DNA from: Octopus sinensis
Lineage: Eukaryota
Direction: 5' to 3'
Length of the DNA stretch: 14,949 bases
Assembly: GCF_006345805.1 (NCBI RefSeq)
Contig: NW_021825697.1
Span: 1-14,949 of the forward strand
In this document: piece by piece, positions 1 through 8,270 of the stretch
Layout: each line of letters opens with the position of its first letter
How positions within the stretch are numbered: the stretch's first letter is position 1
Notes under the pieces: generated by a model
Seen by the model: the letters and a program-made list of their open reading frames with translations, nothing else
The model's database searches: none
What the model was told of the DNA's origin: nothing
Program-made: the position numbers and the translations under genes

Positions 1-15
1 TGAAAATCTTAGTTC

Positions 16-560
16 ACCACCACCACCTCCATCTCCACAGCTACCACCTTCATCTCCACCACTATCACCATCATCACCAGCATCACCATCTCTCTCTCTC
101 CATCACTCTCCGTCTCTCACCATCAATCTCTCTCTCTCCGTCTCTCTCTCTCTCTCTTTCTCTCTCTTACTGTTTTTCTTTAACCTCACCATCAGACATC
201 CACGCTAAAATTATATTTTTTAACTTTTCTCCTCTAGCTTCTAACTCTTTTAACCACGTAATAACTATTACCTTCCCCCTACCTCACGTCATGGACACTT
301 CTCTCTCCCTCTTCTTTTCTATCCGTCTTTCTCTCTCTCTTTTCTATTTCTCTCTGTCTGTCTCACTCTTCACCTTATTCTATTTTTCTCTCTCCTTTTT
401 CTTTCTCCTCTCTACCTCTTCAGCTAATCACGTGAAAGAGTTACAACTACATTCCCTCTACTTCATGTCATGGACGCTTCTTTCTCCCTCTTTACTCCCT
501 CCCTCTTTTTCTCTTTCCATTTTTTCTTTCTCCTTCTCTAATCACATGAAAGTGTTCCCG
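16..560. repeat. Pyrimidine-rich low-complexity tract ((CAC/CAT)n, (CT)n) with degenerate internal repeat units
   Basis: CT-rich tract. A related motif TAA(C/T)CACGT...CA(C/T)GTCATGGAC(A/G)CTTCT recurs at about 251-310 and 425-490, with a partial third at about 538-557. Confidence 0.7.
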
Positions 561-682
561 ATGGGCTAAGTAACGCAATGACAATCAGAGTTATTATTAG
601 ATTAGTTCGAGTCATTGAAATGTGATCATGAAATACCATCTCGAACGATTTAATCAAACTGAAGCCACTACTTTTTTTAAGC

Positions 683-790
683 CGATTACTTGCTCTATCA
701 GTGTCTTTTGCTGAACCTCTACATTTACAGGAGTGTAAAAATAGACCAACACCGTTTATCAAAGCGGAGGGAAGAACAAGAACACACACA
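683..790 (-). mobile_element. Degenerate 3' segment of the CORE-type SINE family
   Basis: CTATCAGTGTCTTTTGCTGAACC...ACCAACACCGTTTATCAAAGCG resembles 5757-5850 (CTATCGGTCTCTTTAGCCGAACC...ACCAGCATCGGTTGTCAAGCG). Confidence 0.55.
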
Positions 791-854
791 TTTATACACA
801 CGCTCTCTCTCTCTCTATCTCTCTCTCTCGCACACACACACAAAGTTATATAAT

Positions 855-1036
855 GTGCGCAGGGGTGGCTGTGTGGTAAGTAGCTTGCTTACCAACCACA
901 TGGTTCCAGATTCAGTGCCACTGCGTGGCACCTTGGGCAAGTGTCTTCTACTATAGCCTTGGACCGACCAAAGCCTTGTGAGTGGACATGGTAGACGGAA
1001 TATGAAAGAAACCTGTCGTATATATGTATACATATG

Positions 1037-1080
<44 letters not shown>

Positions 1081-1226
1081 CGTGTGTGTGTGTGTGGTGT
1101 GTGTGTGTGTGTGTGTGTGTGTTTGTGTGTCTGTGTTTGTCGGCCCAACATCGCTTGACAACCATTGCTGGTGAGTTTACCTCCCCGTAACTTAGCGGTT
1201 CGGCAAAAGAGACCTATAGAATAAGT
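855..1226 (+). mobile_element. tRNA-derived CORE-type SINE with internal (TA)n(TG)n microsatellite
   Basis: A-box-like TGGCTGTGTGGTAA, a B-box-like segment, and CORE-like CACCTTGGGCAAGTGTCTT. Closely similar to 6674-6840 and to the reverse complement of 6369-6525. The 3' part resumes after the microsatellite at about 1130. Confidence 0.85.
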
Positions 1227-1294
1227 ATGTATATGTGTGTGTTCATGCATGTATTCATGTAATTGCGTACATGACTTTCAGTAGGAACACACAC

Positions 1295-1474
1295 CTCTTG
1301 ATAACCGATGTTGGTTTGTTTATGTTTCTATAACTTAACGGCCCAGCAAAATTAGAGAACAGAATAAATAGTAGTCTTAAAGGAATAAGTACTGGGCTCG
1401 ATTTGTTCGGCAAGACACTTTACGGCCGTGCTCCAGCATGGTCGCAGTCAAATGACTGAAACAAGTAAAAGAAT
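1295..1474 (+). mobile_element. Additional 3' half of the same SINE family
   Basis: CTTGATAACCGATGTTGG...GTGCTCCAGCATGGTCGCAGTCAAATGACTGAAACAAGTAAAAGA matches 7820-7966. Confidence 0.8.
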
Positions 1475-1808
1475 ATATGAATGTATACGCGCAACACATG
1501 AACACACATGTATAAAGAGCGAGAAATAGATAAAAAGATACATAGAGAGAGTGAGTGAAAGAGATAGGTAGATAGATAGTGAGAGAGTGAGAGGGAAGAG
1601 AAATAGGCAAAGTGCTAAAGACGTAGAAAAAGAAAAACAATATTTCGTTATCACATTCTTTAGTTTTGTGCTGCTATTAAAGACTGACTTTTGTTGAGCC
1701 GAAATGTTGCAGAGGAAACTTATTCAGAGTTTACTAAGATAAGAGCGGGGAATGAATAATAGAAGAAAAGCATGGACACTTCATCGTAGCGACAACCACA
1801 GAGCTAGA

Positions 1809-1811
<3 letters not shown>

Positions 1812-1902
<91 letters not shown>

Positions 1903-1922
1903 TATATATCTATATATATATA

Positions 1923-1972
<50 letters not shown>

Positions 1973-2069
1973 GTAATATATATATATGTATATATAAATA
2001 TAAATATATATGTAAATATATATATATAATATATATGCAATATATATATACATATATATATAATGTATA

Positions 2070-2110
<41 letters not shown>

Positions 2111-2116
2111 TATATA
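1812..2116. repeat. (TA)n microsatellite ending in (CA)n
   Basis: Direct inspection. Confidence 0.95.
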
Positions 2117-2224
2117 ATAATCTATATAAAAATATTAGAAAAAAAGTACTTGGAAGAAGAAGAAGAAGAACGACGAACGAAACGAGCAAATCGAATCGAC
2201 TCGACGCGAGCGCGGTGTCAAACA

Positions 2225-3072
2225 ATAGTGTAATAAATAAAATATATCCATACATACAAACATATATGTACGTACCTACATCTACATGTACATATACATG
2301 CATATATAATATATACGTAAGTACAGGACACCACAACTAGACGTAGAACTCAACGAGAAACGGAAACGGAAAAACAAGCATTTTTTTACAACAGAAAAAC
2401 AGAGTACAAGACAAATTACACAAGGAAAAATCCCCTTCATCAGCTGTCTCTAGTTCAACTCAAGCGTGTTTCGAAGGTACCTTCGAAACACGCTAGCCAA
2501 ATCTACTTCCTTTTTACATGCGGCCTTCAAACTGTGAACACACATTTGCTTTCCCTTGCGCTGCCAGAATCTCCTCCGTCTAAGCCAGAAAAAGGCCTTT
2601 TCGTTTGTTTTCTTGTTTATTTTCTCGTATTGTATTTTCTTGTACATGTATTTTTATCTTATAATTTATTTTGTATTTTTATTTGTATCGTTTTTACGTC
2701 CTGTTTGTGTTACATTTTTTTTCTTTCTTGTTTTTACTCCTCTGCGAAGTAATTTCATTTTAATTCTCTCGCAGGAAGGGCTAGTTTCGACGAGTCGTGT
2801 TCTGTCTTACCTTCGAAACACGCTAGTCGAACTAGAGACAGCTGATGAAGGGATTTTTCCTTGTCTAGTTTTTCTTGTACTCTGTTTTTCTGTAGTAAAA
2901 AAATGGTTTGTTCCATGCTTGTTTTTCCGCTTTCGTTTCTCGTTGAGTTCTACGTTTAGTTGTGGTGTCCTGTACTTACGTATATATTTATATATGCATG
3001 TATATGTACATATAGATGTAGGTACGTACATATATGTTTGTATGTATGTATATATTTTATTTATTACACTAT
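2225..3072. mobile_element. Inverted pair of a non-coding, ribozyme-motif-bearing repeat (Penelope-like terminal repeat candidate) flanked by (TA)n
   Basis: 2225-2479 is an imperfect reverse complement of 2808-3072. A perfect 32-bp palindrome sits at 2463-2494. CTGATGA and CGAAAC motifs occur in both arms, and a diverged relative lies at 9340-9610. Confidence 0.7.
2796..2852 (+). ncRNA. Candidate rearranged (non-circularly permuted) hammerhead ribozyme
   Basis: CGUGU-U (2796-2801) pairs with GAAA-CACG (2815-2822) as stem III. CUGUCU (2802-2807) pairs with AGACAG (2836-2841) as stem I, directly before CUGAUGA (2842-2848). Stem II is weak: (A)GGG with CCUUC. Confidence 0.6.
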
Positions 3073-3077
3073 ATATA

Positions 3078-3137
<60 letters not shown>

Positions 3138-3182
3138 AGTATAGATGTATATAAATATATATGTAAATATATATATATATAT
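3070..3182. repeat. (TA)n microsatellite
   Basis: Direct inspection. Confidence 0.95.
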
Positions 3183-3326
3183 TTCATAGATGAGAATCAA
3201 ATATTCTTCATATAGAATACACTTTGTTGTGCTCAAGAGGTTTAAACTTGAGCGGGTAGAGCAGTAAATATAAAGATAAGCTAGTTAGGCAGGTCAATAT
3301 AAAAAGTATATTAAATACATGAAATA

Positions 3327-4606
3327 CGAGGGGCGTTCAATAAGTAATGCCCATGACCCACTTCCCATAGCAGTAGAGCAACGAAACTTGGCACAGTTAT
3401 TAGTCTTTTTCTACATAGCAACCACCCAGAGTTACGCATTTCTCCCATTGTTTGATGCAGCTCTGGAGACCGTTTTTGTAGAAGAACCCAGCTTGGTCCT
3501 CCAACCTTAACGTGACTTCAGAAATCAAGGCTGCATCATCTGGGAAACGCTTTCCTTTCAAAAACAACTTCATGACTGGGAAGAGGGGAAAATCAGAGGG
3601 TGCAAGGTCAGGAAAGTAGGGGGATGGGGGAGGTGTTCATAGCCATACGCCTGTGCTTCTGATCTGGCGACAAGCGAGCTGTGGACCGGAGCGTTGTCCT
3701 GCAGGAGGAGGATGCCTTTGCTGATCTTGCCCCGCCTCTTGATTTTGATAACTTTCCTCAAAAGTGATGCATAATAGGCTCCTGCAATTGTGGTACCATT
3801 TGCCATGAAATCTGTCATCACTACTCCGTCCTGGTCCCAGAAGATTGTGAGCATGACCTTGCCAGCGGAGGGCTGCACCCTTGCCTTCTTTGGAGGGGGT
3901 GAGTCACGGGGCTTTCACTGCATTGACTGGGCTTTGGTCTCTGGATCATCGTGATGGACCCAGGTTTCATCCTGTGTAATCAGTCTTTTAAAAAATGTTG
4001 ACTCATCTTCTTGGCACATCTCCAAATTCACCCTCGAGCACTCGACGCGTTCTTGCTTCTGGAAAGGCGTGAGCAACCTGGGAATCCATCTGGAAGACAC
4101 CTTTTGCATATGCAAATGGTCATGATGATGATATTTTCCACAGACCCGGTACTAATCTTGACCTCATGGCTATTTGGCGAATAATTATGCGTCGATCTTC
4201 CAAAATGGCAGCCTCAACTTGACGGACAGATGCCTCATCAATGGCAGAAGGGGCGACCAATCTGGGAGCTGTTTCCACAGAGTTCCGACCATGTTTGAAT
4301 TCACGATGCCAGCGTTTTACAAGTCATATGATGGGGCATCATCACCATAAGTTACTTTCATTTCATCAAAAGTCTCCCGTGGTGTGCGTCCTTTCAAATA
4401 CAAAAACTGGATCACTGCTCGACACTCAACAGGCTCCATTTCACACTTGACTCGGTTCAGACACCTGTAAATCAGAAACCACAATTAATTCAGAGCTGTA
4501 ATTTGCCACTTACTCTATAGAGATATAAATGATTGCACATACAAAATTTCAGCTAGATCAAACTAGTGCAAGTGGGTCAGAGGCATTACTTATTGAACGT
4601 CCCTCG
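3327..4606 (-). mobile_element. Full-length mariner (Tc1/mariner) DNA transposon, 1280 bp
   Basis: 37-bp TIRs at 3327-3363 (CGAGGGGCGTTCAATAAGTAATGCCCATGACCCACTT) and 4570-4606, with 3 mismatches. TA duplication at 3325-3326 and 4607-4608. Confidence 0.95.
3400..4439 (-). pseudogene. Frameshifted mariner transposase (DD34D type)
   Basis: Starts MEPVECRAVIQFLYLKG. Motifs WIPRLL, ITQDETW, LLQDNAPVH and a frameshifted PDLAPSDF are present. Ends WEKCVTLGGCYVEKD*. The sequence is split over several frames. Confidence 0.92.
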
Positions 4607-4746
4607 TATATATATGTTTACATGCAAAAATTCTGCCTTGCACAGAATAAAAATATTAAGAATTAAAGAGGTTGAAGAAAAGTATTACAAAACCAACAGC
4701 TGTTTCTGGGGGCTGGGTGGTCCAAAATTATGTTTGTAATTATTAT

Positions 4747-5339
4747 TCCTATTTCTTTATTGCCCACAAGGGGCTAGACATAGAGGGGACAAACAAGGAC
4801 ATAGAAAGAGATTAAATCGATTAGATCGACCCCAGTGCGTAACTGGTACTTAATTTATCGACCCCGAAAGGATGAAAGGCAAAGAAGACCTCGGCGGAAT
4901 TTGGACTCAGAACGTAGCAGCAGACAAAATACCTATGTCTTTACTACCCACAAAGGGGCTAAACACAGAGGGAGCAAACAAGGACAGAGGAACGGATTAA
5001 GTCGATTACATCGACCCTAGTGCGTAACTGGTACTTACTTATCGACCCCGAAGGGGAATTTGAACTCAGAACGTAGCAGAATTTGAACTCAGAACGTAGC
5101 GGCAGACAAAATACCTATTTCTTTACTACCCACAAGGGTTTAAACATAGAGGGGACAAACAAAGACATACGGACGGATTAAGTCGATTACATCGACCCCA
5201 GTACGTAACTGGTACTTAATTTATCGACCCCGAAAGGATAAAAAGCAAAGTCGACCACGGCGGAATTTGAAGTCAGAACGTAGCGGCAGACGAAATACCG
5301 CTAAGCATTTTGTGCTAACGATTCTGCCAGCACGCCGCC
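4747..5339 (-). mobile_element. Head-to-tail trimer of a tRNA-derived SINE with Deu/Nin-like central domain
   Basis: Minus-strand head GGCGGCGTGCTGGCAGAATCGTTAGC and a B-box-like GTTCAAATTCC. The domain CCTTTCATCCTTTCGGGGTCGATAAATTAAGTACCAG resembles the Deu/Nin domain. Units at about 4747-4930, 4931-5111 and 5112-5339. Confidence 0.85.
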
Positions 5340-5869
5340 TTAAAATGCTTATAAATTGATTCCATCGTCAGATGAGACGAGCCTCCGTCTTCAGACAGAA
5401 AGAAGTTCAAGTATGATATGTGTGTGTGTGTATGTGTGTGCGTGTGTGTACATCTCTATCTGTCTGTCTATGTATATGTATAGAGAGAGAATGAGGGAAG
5501 AGAGAGAGGGAGTAGTAAGATGAACAAAATTGATATATAAGTACGTTATAAGTTAACAGAGGTAGTTTTAGATTGATATAGCCAATTGTGTGCGAATGTG
5601 TTTATCTGTGCTTTACGTATTATGTATATGTCTATCAATATTCTCTTTTTTTTCTCTTTTAATTGTTTCAGTCATTTGACTGTAGCCATGCTGGAGCATC
5701 GCCTTTAGTCGAACAAATCGACCCCAGACTTATTCTTTGTAAGCCTAGTTCTTATCCTATCGGTCTCTTTAGCCGAACCGCTAAGTTACGGGGACGTAAA
5801 CACACCAGCATCGGTTGTCAAGCGATGTTGGGGGAACAAACACAGACACACAAACATATACACACACAC

Positions 5870-5917
<48 letters not shown>

Positions 5918-6113
5918 TATATTATAATATATATATATAATAAATATTAGGGAATAAATCCAAATTTACAGGAAAAAAATCAGATTTATGATTAAATCGA
6001 TTTTATAGTAAAATATTATAAAATATTATTCGAGACAAAACCACTATTTTGCAAAACAACAAGGAAAGACTTAATCAATACATAAAATTTTTTAAAAATA
6101 GTCAAAAAAACCG

Positions 6114-6155
6114 CCACTACAATCGTTTCTTGTCTTGATCGACAATCTTCAGTGG
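6114..6155 (-). ncRNA. Minimal type I hammerhead motif (stem I one base short)
   Basis: Minus strand reads CCA-CUGAAGA-UUGUC gaucaa GACAA-GAAA-C gauu GUA-GUGG. Confidence 0.55.
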
Positions 6156-6196
6156 ACTTCCAATAATTCAGTGTCTGACACTGAATTATTGGAAGT

Positions 6197-6238
6197 CCAC
6201 CTGAAGATTGTCGATCAAGACAGAAACGATTGTAGTGG
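6197..6238 (+). ncRNA. Minimal type I hammerhead ribozyme
   Basis: CCAC-CUGAAGA-u-UGUC gaucaa GACA-GAAA-C gauu GUA-GUGG. Stem I is CCAC/GUGG. Predicted cleavage after A6234. Confidence 0.7.
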
Positions 6239-6529
6239 CGGTTTTTTTGACTATTTTTAAAATTTTATGTATTGATTAAGTCTTTCCTTGTTTGTTTTGC
6301 AAAATAGTGGTTTTGTCTCGAATAATATTTTATATATATATATATAATATATATATATACATATATATGACGGGCGTCTTTCAGATTCCGTCTACCATAT
6401 CCGCTCACAAGGATTTTGTCGGCCCGGGGCTATAGTAGAAGACACTTGCCCAAAATGCCATGCAGTGGACTGAACCTGGAACCATGTGGTTCGTAAGCAA
6501 GCTACTTACCACACAGCCACTCCTATATG

Positions 6530-6559
6530 CATACACACACACATATATATATATATTTG

Positions 6560-6613
<54 letters not shown>

Positions 6614-6619
6614 TATATA

Positions 6620-6658
<39 letters not shown>

Positions 6659-6673
6659 ATATATATATATATA
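6530..6673. repeat. (CA)n/(TA)n microsatellite between two divergent SINE heads
   Basis: Direct inspection. Confidence 0.9.
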
Positions 6674-7043
6674 GGCGCAGGACTGGCTGTGTGGTAAGTA
6701 GCTTGCCTACCAACCACATGGTTCCGGGTTCAGTCCCACTGCATGGCACCTTGGGCAAGTGTCTTCTACTATAGCCTCGGGCCGACCAAAGCCTTGTGAA
6801 TGGATTTGGTAGACTGAAACTGAAAGAAGCCCGTCGTATATATGTATATATATATACTAAGCAATTAAGGGTTTAGCAACGAATTGCCTCACCACACACC
6901 GAATTTAGAAATAGCAGTCAAAGAGTTATAGCTATTCTTTCTACTGAAAGGGAGATCTCAGTAAAAACACAGCACTTGAAAGGCAAACACAGACAGGTAA
7001 GAGAGAATGAAATGACGGCAATCTATCATACAATTTTAAGTCA

Positions 7044-7134
7044 CCTACGGACGTACGTTTCGAAATTAAGTTTTAGGAAAGCATAAGAACTAGATAATTA
7101 TATCTTACCCAACTTCTTTTCTCATCAGCGTAGG
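7044..7134 (-). ncRNA. Type I hammerhead ribozyme
   Basis: Minus strand reads CCUACG-CUGAUGA-GAAA[long stem II]UUUC-GAAA-C GUAC GUC-CGUAGG. Perfect 6-bp stem I, palindromic stem III ACGUACGU and GUC triplet. Predicted cleavage between 7050 and 7049. Confidence 0.85.
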
Positions 7135-7626
7135 ACACTACAATTATGAATAATTGTATATTAAATTTCGAGATACTAGAAGGTATCATCTCAACTCAGT
7201 ATCAGAGCGAGCCAAAGCCGTTACCAGTATCACCAAATTCAAAGTGTGAATGAAAGTTTGTGTCACCAACCCCTTCCCACCAGCGTGTAGCCAAGACAAG
7301 ATGCTGTGGTCATTTACTGGGATGAAATATGGTTATCAGTAACAATATAGGGTGAAATTAATTAATTTGGAATAATCATTAATTACACCAAGTAGATTTC
7401 GGCATGTAAAAGCCTCATTCGAGGAAAGTTTAAGTAATACTAAGCAATTAAGGGTTTAGCAACGAATTGCCTCACCACACACCGAATTTAGAAATAGCAG
7501 TCAAAGAGTTATAGCTATTCTTTCTACTAAAAGGGAGATCTCAGTGAAAACACAGCACTTGAAAGGCAATCACAGACAGGTAAGAGAGAATGAAATTACG
7601 GCAATCTATCATACAATTTTAAGTCA

Positions 7627-7717
7627 CCTACGGATGTACGTTTCGAAATTAAGTTTTAGGAAAGCATAAGAACTAGATAATTATATCTTACCCAACTTCT
7701 TATCTCATCAGCGTAGG
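7627..7717 (-). ncRNA. Type I hammerhead ribozyme, second copy with stem II and stem III mismatches
   Basis: Same as 7044-7134, except GAAACGUACAUC (AUC triplet, C-A mismatch) and GAUA at the stem II base. Confidence 0.7.
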
Positions 7718-7732
7718 ACACTACAATTATGA

Positions 7733-7784
<52 letters not shown>

Positions 7785-7973
7785 ATGTTTGTGTGTCTGT
7801 GTCTGACCCCCTAGCATTGCTTGACAACCGATGCTGGTGTGTTTATGTCCCTGTCACTTAGCGTTTCGGCAAAAAGAGACCGATAGAATAAGTCCCGGGG
7901 TCGATTTGCTCGACTAAAGGCGGTGCTCCAGCATGGCCGCAGTCAAATGACTGAACAAGTAAAAGAGTAAAGA

Positions 7974-8019
<46 letters not shown>

Positions 8020-8119
8020 AAGTACTGGGGTCGATATGCATGTGAGTGTATGTATTTGCTGATGTTTGCTAATTAAATATGATGAAAGGTCTTTCACTTG
8101 ATGTAACATCAGTCTTTTG

Positions 8120-8270
8120 CAAGGTAATTCATTTTCGGAAGCTGAATGGACTGCAGCAACATGATATGCAATATTTCGCCCAAAGACACAACGGCGCACT
8201 AACATCAGGAATCGAAACCAAAATCTTACAATCATGAGCGCAACACCCTAACCATTAAACTACCCGCTCC
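8120..8270 (-). mobile_element. Older tRNA-derived CORE-like SINE fragment
   Basis: Minus strand has A-box-like TAGTTTAATGGTTAG and B-box-like GGTTTCGATTCC, then CORE-like GTTGTGTCTTTGGGCGAAA. Confidence 0.65.

Larger units (their letters stand above)
5943..6334. mobile_element. Palindromic non-coding insertion with hammerhead motifs (inverted Penelope-like terminal repeat candidate)
   Basis: Near-perfect inverted repeat 6017-6175 / 6177-6334 centred on T6176, plus a unique extension at 5943-6016. Flanked by (TA)n on both sides. Confidence 0.8.
5650..6525 (-). mobile_element. CORE-type SINE (head 6369-6525, 3' half 5650-5870) interrupted in its internal (TA)n
   Basis: Both halves are reverse complements of the SINE parts at 855-1226, 1295-1474 and 6674-7975. 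Confidence 0.85.
6854..7735 (-). mobile_element. Non-autonomous retrozyme/Penelope-like element: 299-bp direct repeats around a 284-bp spacer
   Basis: 6854-7152 and 7437-7735 are near-identical (offset 583). Each contains a type I hammerhead on the minus strand. No ORF is listed in the track. Inserted in (TA)n. Confidence 0.8.
6674..7975 (+). mobile_element. CORE-type SINE (head 6674-6840, 3' half about 7780-7975) interrupted in its internal (TA)n
   Basis: Head GGCGCAGGACTGGCTGTGTGGTAAG, B-box-like GGTTCAGTCCC and CORE-like CACCTTGGGCAAG. The 3' half ends GTAAAAGAGTAAAGAGTA. Confidence 0.88.

Noticed and set aside
855-935. tRNA gene
   Set aside because: It has A/B-box-like motifs but no convincing cloverleaf and continues into SINE body. 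The same applies to the other SINE heads.
2495-2600. Possible GIY-YIG C-terminus in the spacer of the inverted repeat
   Set aside because: Hand translation showed no recognisable endonuclease motif.
291-3215. Numerous ORFs rich in YI, HT, CV or SL dipeptides, including the 219-aa ORF at 2556-3215
   Set aside because: They are translations of microsatellites and low-complexity repeats with no domain-like content.
4747-5339. CRISPR-like array
   Set aside because: Units are whole SINE bodies of about 180 bp without unique spacers, in a eukaryotic context.
6854-7735. Classical LTR retrotransposon or TRIM
   Set aside because: No TG...CA termini, primer-binding site or short TSD were seen. The repeats carry hammerheads and sit in (TA)n.
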